The position numbers were made by a program, and so were the translations under genes. 39,974 nucleotides of DNA from Blastocatellia bacterium (GTDB lineage: Bacteria > Acidobacteriota > Blastocatellia > DASRDY01), in NCBI GenBank assembly GCA_035652355.1, contig DASRDY010000355.1:1-39974 (forward strand), written 5' to 3'. Below, piece by piece: positions 1-8,810 of this stretch; positions within the stretch are counted from its first letter, which is position 1; every line of letters starts with the position of its first letter. Under the pieces are notes generated by a model. It saw only the letters and a list, made by a program, of their open reading frames with translations. It did not search any database and was not told the DNA's origin.

Positions 1-3000
1 TCGCGCCTTCCACGATCTTCTCCCTGACGCTCTCCTGGTCTGGCGGCCTGACGCTGGCGATCATCACGCGGACGACCACCTTCTTTGCGCTGCTGATCTC
101 GTCGTCGACCACGACCATCGCCCTGTCCGCGCCCAGGGCGACGATCGCCTGCTGCTGCGCCAGCAGCTTCGGCGCCTTCAGCCTGACCGCGAGCTTCCGG
201 TCTTCCACGCTGCGGTCTCGGTCTTGGCGGCGGAGCCGGCAGAGCATCTTTGACGGATAAACCTATTCGACGACGCTCGGTATCAACCTCGATGACTTTG
301 ACCTTTACCTTTTGTCCGACATGGACAGCCTCGTGCGGATCCTTGATGAACTTGCGGCTCAGATGCGATATATGAACCAATCCATCCTGATGCACGCCGA
401 TGTCGACGAATGCTCCAAAGTTTGTGATATTCGAAACGATTCCTTCGAGCTCCAACCCGACTTTCAAATCGCTGATGTCCCGAATGTCTTCCCGGAAATC
501 AACAGTCTCGAACGGCTGACGCGGGTCACGACCTGGATGCCGCAATTCTTCAACAATATCGCGCAGAGTCGGCAATCCCGTCTGCTCGTCGGCATAATCC
601 TGAAGATGAATTTGATCTATCAGTTCTTTGTTGCCTAAAAGATCCTTTACTGAGGTATTCAGCGCAGCCGCCATCCGTTCGACCACCGGGTATTTTTCCG
701 GATGAATCGATGTATTATCCAGCGGATTATTGCCTTCACGAATTCGGAAAAACCCTGCGGCCTGTTCGAAATGCTTCGGGGTGAATCGCGGAACGTTCCC
801 AATTTCCTGTCGATCATTGAAACGGCCAAGATTATTGCGATACCCCGAAACTTCGCGCGCCAGCGATATTCCTACCCCTGATACGTAACTGAGCAATGCT
901 ACAGACGCCGAATTAATATCGACCCCTACACGATTGACGCAGGATTCGACTACGGCATTCAGCGCTCTTCTCAAACGCCCCTGGTCAACATCGTGTTGAT
1001 ACTGACCGACGCCGATGGATCGAGGCTCGACCTTAACCATTTCGGCCAGCGGATCCTGCAATCGCCTGGCGATGCTGATCGCGCCGCGTACCGCAGCTTC
1101 AACTTCGGGAAACTCTTCCCGAGCCGGTCTCGATGTTGAGTAAACGCTCACCCCGGCTTCGTTCACCAGAGCCACCTTCACGCCTTGCATTTCGTGGGCG
1201 ACCTCACGCGCGAGTTGCAGCGTTTCTCTTGAAGCTGTTCCATTTCCAATAGCAATAGTCGAGACCTGGTATTGCCCGATCCACGCACGGAGCTCCGTCT
1301 TCGCCTCATCCCACTGTTTCTGCGGAGCGTGTGGATAAATGCTGCCGTGGAATATGAACTTTCCTGTTTCGGTGACGACGGCGACTTTGCAGCCCGTGCG
1401 CAACCCAGGATTTATTCCAAGAACGCGGACCGCGCCGGCCGGCGGCGCCAGCAAAAGCTCGCTTAAATTCTTCGCAAAAACATCGATGGCATCCGCATCC
1501 GCGCGACGCTTGATTTCGTTGCGCAGCTCGTTTTCAATCGCGGGAAACAGCAATCGATCAAAAGCATCATTGATGACAACTCGCAAAAACTCGGCCGCAT
1601 TAACTTCGCTGCTGGCCGGATGCAGCGATTGCGGTTTCTTTGGTTGTGACTTCACTGCCGCCTGGGTATCCGCAGCCAGTTCAGCAGAAGTTTCAGGCTG
1701 TTCGGGTTGCGCCTCTGTCGATGCCGTTTCGGTCGGAGCTGCTTCAGTCCCGGTGTGGGAACCAGCAACTTCAGTCACTGCTTCTTCAACCGAGCTTTCA
1801 CCCGTGGGGTGCTCCTCTGTTGATTGTGTTGAAGGCTCAGCGTTTTCGGACTGAGAGCCTTCTTCAGATATCGCCTCTGGCGCCGCGCTGGCTGTCGCAG
1901 CTTCAGGAACTGTTTCCACGGCATCCGTGATTTGCGGGTTAACTGTGGTCGGTTCGGCTGCTAACTCGGTCGGCTGCGCTGAGTTTGAATCTGCCGTCGC
2001 TTCTGTGGCTGGCTCCACCTCATCTGTTTCCGCTCCCAACAATGCCGCAGTACTGCTCTCGCTTGGTGGTGAGTAGGGAGCGGCAACATACTTCTCGTTC
2101 AGATAACGCAGCACTTCGCCGCGATCTATCTCCAAAGCAACGTTCAGGAACTTCTCTTTCTCTCCACGCCTTATGGCCAGAAATCTGTGAGAAGGAACTT
2201 CCTTGATCGCCTCGCTGAAGTTATAGAACGATTCGTACTTGCTCCGTTCCGTCTCTTTGCCTTTCGTCGCTTTCGCTACCAGCTTTCCGGATTTGGCAAA
2301 CTGATCTCTAAGGAAACGACGATTTGCGGTATCTTCAGCGATCCATTCCGCGATGATGTGCGCGGCTCCGGCCAGGGCTTGCTGTATCGTGTTAACACCT
2401 CGACGCGGGTTCAGATAGTTTATCCCAAGCTCGTGCAACGGTTCGCAATCACCACGAGTCTCAAAAATCCTCTTTGCCAGAGGTTCGAGCCCGCGAGAAT
2501 GCGCCACTGTAGCCCTGTTCTTGCGCTTCGGTCTGAACGGAAGGTAGATATCATCCAGTTCAGTTCGACTGTTTGATTCGCGGATTCGTTGTTCAAGCTC
2601 GGGCGTCAATTTGCCCAGCGCACCAATCGTCATCAGAACGGCCTGTTTGCGAAGTTCGAGCTCGAACAAAGTTTCCCAACGATCTCTCAGCTCGCGGATG
2701 ACCGGTTCATCCATGCTGCCGGTCAATTCTTTGCGATAACGAGCAATGAACGGCGCAGTCGCTCCCTCTTCCAGAAGCGAAATCAGATTGGTTACGTAAG
2801 TCGATTTTCGCTGAGTCTCTTCCAGCAATCTTCCAAGGGTTTTGGCCATCAACTCGGCGCGAACCTCTGGCGGAAGAGTAATCGGCGCTTCGTGCTCTTT
2901 AGCGTGCTCGCCCGCTGAGGCATCAGTTGATTCGGCTTCGCCAGCCTTGGCGTGGGCTATGCTGGAATCAGACGCAAAGACAGAATCGTGCTCGTGCTCA

Positions 3001-3368
3001 TCGTGACCTCCGGTTTCGTGAGAAACAGCCGTCGGTTCTGCTGGCGCTGCATCTTCCTGAGCCGATGTTTCCTGAACTGATTCCGACGCCGGCTCTGCCG
3101 CCGCAGTTTCAGTTGCCGTTGATTGCTGAGACTCTGTTTCAACAGGCGACTCTGTCGCAGCGGTATCGCTGGCGCTGGCAGGCTCGTCCGCCACGTGGCT
3201 TTCCGATGCGCTCTCAGCCGTAACCGGTGTCGTCTCCTGCGAGCCATTATGCGCGTCGTGGTGAGCATCGTGTTCTGCGGGTTCGGACGCAGAGGCGTGC
3301 TCAGGGACGGAAGCCTCGGTCTCTTTAGCTTCAGGTTGAAGATTTTCGGGCTGTTCTACTTCACTCAT
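1..3368 (-). CDS. tex: Tex-like transcription accessory protein, 3' end runs off the window. It carries an acidic His-rich N-terminal extension, a ~170-aa Glu/Thr/Ala/Pro-rich insertion and an Arg/Gly-rich C-terminal tail.
   Basis: Reading the minus strand from the ATG at 3368 gives one continuous frame. It contains IARYRKELTGSMDEP (Tex N-terminal helical region), VLGINPGLRTGCKVAVV (YqgF/RuvC-like fold), an HhH region, and an S1 domain (GLELEGIVSNITNFGAFVDIGVHQDGLVHISHLS). The frame stays open to position 1. The ORF track omits it because it has no stop inside the window. Confidence 0.8.
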   Translation of the reverse strand, partial: MSEVEQPENLQPEAKETEASVPEHASASEPAEHDAHHDAHNGSQETTPVTAESASESHVADEPASASDTAATESPVETESQQSTATETAAAEPASESVQETSAQEDAAPAEPTAVSHETGGHDEHEHDSVFASDSSIAHAKAGEAESTDASAGEHAKEHEAPITLPPEVRAELMAKTLGRLLEETQRKSTYVTNLISLLEEGATAPFIARYRKELTGSMDEPVIRELRDRWETLFELELRKQAVLMTIGALGKLTPELEQRIRESNSRTELDDIYLPFRPKRKNRATVAHSRGLEPLAKRIFETRGDCEPLHELGINYLNPRRGVNTIQQALAGAAHIIAEWIAEDTANRRFLRDQFAKSGKLVAKATKGKETERSKYESFYNFSEAIKEVPSHRFLAIRRGEKEKFLNVALEIDRGEVLRYLNEKYVAAPYSPPSESSTAALLGAETDEVEPATEATADSNSAQPTELAAEPTTVNPQITDAVETVPEAATASAAPEAISEEGSQSENAEPSTQSTEEHPTGESSVEEAVTEVAGSHTGTEAAPTETASTEAQPEQPETSAELAADTQAAVKSQPKKPQSLHPASSEVNAAEFLRVVINDAFDRLLFPAIENELRNEIKRRADADAIDVFAKNLSELLLAPPAGAVRVLGINPGLRTGCKVAVVTETGKFIFHGSIYPHAPQKQWDEAKTELRAWIGQYQVSTIAIGNGTASRETLQLAREVAHEMQGVKVALVNEAGVSVYSTSRPAREEFPEVEAAVRGAISIARRLQDPLAEMVKVEPRSIGVGQYQHDVDQGRLRRALNAVVESCVNRVGVDINSASVALLSYVSGVGISLAREVSGYRNNLGRFNDRQEIGNVPRFTPKHFEQAAGFFRIREGNNPLDNTSIHPEKYPVVERMAAALNTSVKDLLGNKELIDQIHLQDYADEQTGLPTLRDIVEELRHPGRDPRQPFETVDFREDIRDISDLKVGLELEGIVSNITNFGAFVDIGVHQDGLVHISHLSRKFIKDPHEAVHVGQKVKVKVIEVDTERRRIGLSVKDALPAPPPRPRPQRGRPEARGQAEGAEAAGAAAGDRRPGRGQGDGRGRRRDQQRKEGGRPRDDRQRQAARPGERQGEDRGRR

Positions 3369-3597
3369 GAGCAGATCAAATCCTTAAGTCGTATTTGGGC
3401 GAAATGGGCATTATCTAGCAAAAACCGCTGATTGGCAACCCACGGATTAAAAAGCAGATGAGCCGATTCGACCACCGACAGTTCAGAACGAACGAGGTTC
3501 GAATTCTTGCGCTGAGAAAGTAGCGGGGGGGCAGGGGTCGGGGGTCAGTGGTCGGAGGTCGGCTGAGAACTGTCTCACCCGGTGTCCGTGTCTTAAC

Positions 3598-4277
3598 GTG
3601 ACATCAAATGGCCAAATTCTTCGTTTAAGTTCACTGTCACAGCAGGTGTCACAGTGTTACTTATACACAACAAAGAGCTTGCGTTGCTGTGACAGATGTG
3701 ACATCACTTGGCCAAACTCTGCGATTAATGGCGATGAGCCAGACTAGAACCCTCTTCTCCGACCCTCGATCCCTGACCACCGTTTTGGTGTTATATCCGT
3801 TGCCACAAATTCCGCTGCGACGCTCAGGTGTCACAGTTTTATTCACAGATTTTAAAGAACTTAAGCCGTTGTGACAGGCGTGACAGCAGTTGGCCGAACT
3901 TGGGGGTTCGGTGGGAGGATTCGGTCTGGAACCTTCTTCCCCGACCACTGATCCCTGACTACTAGTCACTGTTTTTGGTGTGACAGCGAATGGCCGAATT
4001 CTGCAGTTTAAGTTCACTATTACGACAGGTGTCACAGCGCTACCTATAGACAATAAAGAAGTTGCGTTGCTGTGACGGCTGTGACATCACTTGGCCAAAC
4101 TCACTCCGCGGTTAGTGTTCGCGGATCAGGATTCGCTTAAGAACCTCTTCCACCGATCACCAATCTCTGAAACCTGACCTCCAGTTTTGGTGTTACACCT
4201 AAAGGCCGGTGAATTCATTATGATACTTAAGCGTCACAGTTTTACTCTCGGAAAACAAAGAACTTGCGTGACAGAGA
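3598..4277. repeat. Nested tandem repeat, about 1.8 copies of a ~382-bp unit, assembled from four recurring modules with GTGACA/TGTCAC cores.
   Basis: The 23-bp module GTGACAnCAnnTGGCCnAAnTnn occurs at 3598, 3698, 3880, 3980 and 4081. Module gtttaagttcact...gttgcgttgctgtgacrg occurs at 3621-3690 and 4003-4078. Module ccyyctycyccgayc...gatccctgac...gttttggtgt occurs at 3750-3793, 3932-3985 and 4143-4198. Module gygtcacagtttta...gaacttr.gcgtgacag occurs at 3828-3877 and 4231-4276. All were read directly from the sequence. Confidence 0.85.
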
Positions 4278-4587
4278 CAAGTGTGGCACTACTTTGCGTG
4301 CCCCGCAGATACAGAATGCTCCCCAAAGCGGGGATGACGTGTCTTACACTATTCGGATGCGCAGCATCCCGCCCCCCGATCGCGCAACCTTGGTACTGCC
4401 TATGCGCTCACCGACGCGACGTTCTCGACGCTCAGTAGGTTGCTTGATGGCGCAGATCACCGCGTACTTTCGCCGCTCGGTGGGTGCTTTGTGGTTTCCT
4501 GATAGCTAGATTTTCTTGGTGTGATAACAGAAAAGAGCAGCCCGATTGCCGCCCTCTCTATTGATCTGTGTATTAACCCTGCCGTTG

Positions 4588-5085
4588 TCATTTGTCTACA
4601 ACCTCGAAGTCTCCCTTCTGTAGCGTGTAACACTTTAGCAAGTAGTGAGCGGAAGGCTTGATGTCTTTGAATTTATCAACATAGGCAATCCCACCTAGCA
4701 CGGGTTTTTGTGAGTCTTTCTCCCGTATCACTGGCGCTGTCGAAACAAACTGGTCGTAGGTTTGATCGCAGCTAGCGTTTCGTGTCACCTTTAACCTTAG
4801 CAGTGGCGCGTTTTGCAATAACTCATCTGTAATATCGGTATGGTCATAGTGCCGATACTCGACCTTGATTATTGTGGGCACCTGGCCCTGTTTAATAGAC
4901 TCTATCCTCATTAGAAATGCTTCTTGGTTTGGAACATCAGCCCCAGGACCTCCCTGCATAACCGTGTCGCTCGGACGATAAGCGATTATCCTGGCGCTAA
5001 TCGTTGTTTTGCCCTTAAAGACAATTCCAGAGGCAATAACCGTGAACATTAGGACCGTGGAACAAACTCGTAGAGATCTTCTCAT
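4588..5085 (-). CDS. Putative RHS-associated immunity protein, 165 aa, with an N-terminal signal peptide or membrane anchor.
   Basis: It lies 54 bp downstream of the RHS toxin gene on the same strand. The N-terminus MRRSLRVCSTVLMFTVIASGIVF is hydrophobic. A GGAGA sequence sits 8 nt upstream of the ATG. The sequence looks AT-richer than its surroundings. The immunity role is inferred from position only. Confidence 0.5.
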   Translation of the reverse strand: MRRSLRVCSTVLMFTVIASGIVFKGKTTISARIIAYRPSDTVMQGGPGADVPNQEAFLMRIESIKQGQVPTIIKVEYRHYDHTDITDELLQNAPLLRLKVTRNASCDQTYDQFVSTAPVIREKDSQKPVLGGIAYVDKFKDIKPSAHYLLKCYTLQKGDFEVVDK

Positions 5086-5139
5086 GGTTTCTTCTCCACA
5101 CTGGTGGGATAACCCGTATAGGGTTTGCCTTTCCCTTTA

Positions 5140-7896
5140 TCAAAATCCGCCTTCGGAATAGGGGTGTCCAATGTAACGGTAATTCTCAGTTATTTTGGTC
5201 CCAGCGATTGCGGTGTTGCCTATCATGCCGATTACCAAAGTCCCTCCTTGAATCACTGATGTATCAAATTTTGGAAATTCATTAAATCCAGGAAACATGG
5301 GGTTAACACGCACGTGTGCATCGTCATGGCTCATCCCTGTAGATTCATAATAGCCTTCAAGGGTTTCATGTCCCACCAATTGCGCTGATGTAACTCCTCC
5401 GGCATTTTGAGGTTGATCCAAAAGCTCGGCTTGGCCAAACGCGATAGTGTGCGTTCCATGATGATCTGAATTGCCGAACAAAATCGACGAGTCTGTTGCG
5501 CCATCTATTGCGTGAATTGTTACATGATGTTTTGTGTCCGTTATTGCGTTGAAGATTTCTTTATCTCCGCCACTCAATGTCTTGCCTAATGCTTTTAAAT
5601 CCTTATTGCTTAATTTATTTCCTTTCGCGTCGACAATAATCACTTTGCCTTTTTCATTTGATATTTTAAATGAGGCGTCCTGTTGAAGGCGCTTATAATA
5701 GTCATCCGCTCTCGCGCCATCGACCGAAATATCAAGTCCGGTTGGATCCGTAAATTTCAACGGATTGTTGCGGGTGTAGGCATAGAGATTCAGTTGCTGT
5801 GGATCGCTCAACCTCTTCATTTCAATGTAAAGCGGGTCCGATGAAGTGAACCTTCCTTGGCTGTTCGAATAGTACCTGGCCTCGAAGTAATCCAGACCAG
5901 TTTCAGCATCTCTCTCTTTGCTAGTAAACTGCTGTCTTGCAGAGTCGTCCTGCGGGAAACTCAGATACTGCATTGACGTTGACCTGATGTTGTAAGGATA
6001 CGTTCCTGGTCCGATCAGTATCTCTTCCCCGAACGGCATGTAATCGTGCTTGCTGTAAACCGCTCCGCTCGAATTTGTAATCATCCTTATCGATCCCAAA
6101 TGATCAGCTGTCAAAAAGAGCGTCCCGTTTGTCGAGTCAACGGTAGCCAGTAAACCGTTCACACCATATATATACTCCTTCTTTAGACTGCCGCTCGTCA
6201 TATCGCATTCCATTAACAGCTCCCCACCGATTCCGTACACCATATACCTATTCGTTTGGCTTGTCGAAATTCGACGTCCTTCTCCATCGTAATGGTAAGC
6301 GAATCCCAGATTCACTGGTGCCGGTTGCGGATGAGTCGGGGTCGGTCGATTTGTCACACTGGAATAAAGACTTGCTCCAGCCACATAGTCTCCAAGCACT
6401 AACCGGTTCTCTGCATCGTAAAAATAGTGATGTCGACCATCATAGATAACATTCCCGGTCGCATCAAAGGTGTGTTCGATTACCCGATTGTCAGTCGCAG
6501 AGAAATTATTATCCGGCAACTGTCCTGATGTCGGTGAAATCGCGTCGGTCCCACCGGTTAAAGTCGAATCCGATGCAGCCGCGGTAAATGATGGATCATC
6601 AAAGTCACTGTCGTCATAGGCCACAATCAATGAAACATCATAGTTGCCGTTGTTGACATCATCCACACCCCTGGCGGTTAGATTGAGTGTTGAGCCAAAA
6701 ACTGTGGCAGTTACCGGCGAGTAATCGTCGCTATTGAGGTTATTCGCCAAAGCAACGGCCAACAGATGACTTGTGTTATTTGTGCTGCCGTCGTAATAGG
6801 CGGTCGTCTCGTAGCTGTTTATTTGGATCGTAATATATCCGCTATCTGCCGAATCTGATCCTGAACAGCCGAAAAGTGTATCTTCAGAGCACTGCAGCTC
6901 ACCACCGATAGACACGCTTCCGACCGCCAGAGATTCCGATGTGCCTGTGCTGGAGGCCGTTAATTTGGAACGGTTGCCGTATCTGTCATAGCCAAAGTTT
7001 TGCTGCCACACAATGTGGCTTCCATTGGTCTCCTCAGCCATAGTCAGGCGATTCAGCGAATCGTAGGTAAAATCCTGATTGATCGTCTGCGAGCCGGCGG
7101 AAATCGTAGCCGCTGTTACATTGCCGTTGTTTGCACTTGTTGTTCCGTAGGTGTAGCCCAGTTCCAGGGCGGAAGTTAAGGCTCCGCTTGTGCCGAGTTC
7201 TATGTATGTGGGCTGCATACGGCTGTTATAAATGATCGAATGGATCAATCCGTTGCCGAGGGTCTGTTGCTGCAAGGCTCCATTTGGCATGTATTGTATC
7301 GTGCTTGTTGAGCTGCCGGCGTAATACGGACTGTTACTTGGCCCGTGTATCTTCGTAATTCTTCCGGCATCATCATAATCTTTGTTCACAACCCTGCTGG
7401 ATGGTGACGGGTATGTATCGCTGGTAACTTCGCCGGCTTTATTGTATGAAGCCGAAATCGTGTAGTTCGTACTGTTGGTGCGCTGGACTTTGGTAACAAC
7501 CTCGCCAAGCAGATCATAACCATAATAGTTGCCTTCGGCCGACGAAGATGATGTGCCATAGGTCACCGCAAGCAGGCGTCCGTACGACGCTCCGTGGGTG
7601 TATGTGGGTGCGCCGCTCGGCAATGTCTGAGCATCATAATAATAATAAATGTTTGGTGTCTTACCGTCATTGTAAGTCTTGGTTTTGACACGATTCAATT
7701 GATCGTACGTCATACTGGCAGTTACATTGCCGCTGATAGCCGGCCGTTGATCGGATTTGCTCGTCAAATTTCCGTTATTATCATAAGTATAATTAATCGT
7801 GTGGCTTTCTGGATTTGTTGCCGAGGTGAGCCGCGAGAGACTGCTATAAACAAAGGTGCGTGTCTGACTTCCCTGAGTTACTCCTGTCAAATGCAA
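5140..7896 (-). CDS. RHS/YD-repeat protein, N-terminally truncated, 918 aa. It keeps part of the repeat core, the PxxxxDPxGL end-of-core motif and a ~200-aa His-rich C-terminal toxin-type domain.
   Basis: There are many YD repeats, for example NYTYDNNGNLT, FGYDRYGNR, FTYDSLNRL, HYFYDAENRL and YHYDGEGRR. The hallmark core terminus YAYTRNNPLKFTDPTGL is followed by a variable tail containing HHVTIH, DHHGTHT and GHETLEGYY. The frame begins with TTG directly after an in-frame TAA at 7897-7899, so the N-terminal part is missing. Confidence 0.8.
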   Translation of the reverse strand: MHLTGVTQGSQTRTFVYSSLSRLTSATNPESHTINYTYDNNGNLTSKSDQRPAISGNVTASMTYDQLNRVKTKTYNDGKTPNIYYYYDAQTLPSGAPTYTHGASYGRLLAVTYGTSSSSAEGNYYGYDLLGEVVTKVQRTNSTNYTISASYNKAGEVTSDTYPSPSSRVVNKDYDDAGRITKIHGPSNSPYYAGSSTSTIQYMPNGALQQQTLGNGLIHSIIYNSRMQPTYIELGTSGALTSALELGYTYGTTSANNGNVTAATISAGSQTINQDFTYDSLNRLTMAEETNGSHIVWQQNFGYDRYGNRSKLTASSTGTSESLAVGSVSIGGELQCSEDTLFGCSGSDSADSGYITIQINSYETTAYYDGSTNNTSHLLAVALANNLNSDDYSPVTATVFGSTLNLTARGVDDVNNGNYDVSLIVAYDDSDFDDPSFTAAASDSTLTGGTDAISPTSGQLPDNNFSATDNRVIEHTFDATGNVIYDGRHHYFYDAENRLVLGDYVAGASLYSSVTNRPTPTHPQPAPVNLGFAYHYDGEGRRISTSQTNRYMVYGIGGELLMECDMTSGSLKKEYIYGVNGLLATVDSTNGTLFLTADHLGSIRMITNSSGAVYSKHDYMPFGEEILIGPGTYPYNIRSTSMQYLSFPQDDSARQQFTSKERDAETGLDYFEARYYSNSQGRFTSSDPLYIEMKRLSDPQQLNLYAYTRNNPLKFTDPTGLDISVDGARADDYYKRLQQDASFKISNEKGKVIIVDAKGNKLSNKDLKALGKTLSGGDKEIFNAITDTKHHVTIHAIDGATDSSILFGNSDHHGTHTIAFGQAELLDQPQNAGGVTSAQLVGHETLEGYYESTGMSHDDAHVRVNPMFPGFNEFPKFDTSVIQGGTLVIGMIGNTAIAGTKITENYRYIGHPYSEGGF

Positions 7897-8810
7897 TTAA
7901 AGGAACGATAGCTATAAGAGTAACTTGCGTCATTCGTTCCCTGATGTATATACTGCTAGGCTTCGTAACCTCCTCCATGCCGCTCTATGAGTGAACGGCC
8001 ATCGAGACGTAAACTTGCTGTTAATTTTCTGGCCGGTTCCGGAAAGCGGCCGGTTTTGATATACCCTTCCAACTTGATATCAGAAAATTACGAAACTATT
8101 TCGCTACTACTTTGGTAGCTGCGCGCAGGGGCCAAAAAGTGTCTGCTTTTATTTCGGTTTTCCATCGCGAAAGAGCCCATTGCGAGGACATCGATTAATA
8201 AGGAGCAACAATGATCTTAAAGACGGAGCGAACAGTTGAACGATAACATCAGGCCGGCCCCTGCTGCGAGAAAATTCCCAGGAACATTACTATAGTCGCT
8301 GCAATAATTTTCTTGCAGAGTAACTAATGATGTTAACTGACTTAACACCTCGGGACTGAACTCGCTCGCAAATCAAATCTAGTGAAATCAATATGATGGC
8401 CCCCCTGATGATTCGTGGCCGCATCAGGCACAACCATTGCCTAATAGATTGCCGCTCGCGGGTTTTGGCCAAGACGAAAAACAGAGCTCGACTGTGTGTT
8501 AACAAATCGAGCAGAGTTGCGGAGCTAGATCGCCCCCATTATCTATCGCCTATCCGGTAAGCGGCCCGTATGGCGGTAGCGCGATTTCGCTGGCTCCGTT
8601 GTTCAAAGCCGAAATCCGCGAGCCTCACTCATTATTTTGAATTTTCCTGTTCAGGTAATCCAATATTGGGTATCATGAGCCTGGGCCAGTCAAAGGCTTC
8701 CGACGGTGTCGTATTATTCGCCGACGTTTCCGCCACAAGACTAGACGCCAATCCGGTCTAAGTGCTTAGGACCGATCAATTTGTTTATCTTCTTGGTTCT
8801 CAAACCTTGA

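Noticed and set aside
312-3431. Multiple plus-strand ORFs of 60-170 aa (312-638, 1339-1854, 1640-1930, 2187-2576, 2589-2918, 2927-3223, 3123-3431) and a minus-strand ORF (2957-3268).
   Set aside because: All lie inside, and antisense or out of frame to, the continuous minus-strand tex reading frame. The tex frame carries recognisable Tex motifs. The small ORFs' products are low-complexity and Arg/Ser-rich, typical of spurious ORFs in GC-rich coding DNA.
3661-4053. 130-aa minus-strand ORF and 61-aa plus-strand ORF inside the repeat array.
   Set aside because: They are translations of the repeated modules themselves. They have no start-codon context or SD sequence, and the products are low-complexity. 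The region is better explained as non-coding repeat.
3598-4277. Possible CRISPR array.
   Set aside because: Repeat spacing is irregular (70-190 bp) and the modules are heterogeneous. There is no leader, no cas genes, and repeat copies differ at multiple positions.
4187-4509. 83-aa and 81-aa plus-strand ORFs downstream of the repeats.
   Set aside because: They overlap each other in different frames, start within repeat sequence and have no RBS; probably non-coding.
7594-7911. 105-aa plus-strand ORF overlapping the RHS 5' end.
   Set aside because: It is antisense to YD-repeat coding sequence.
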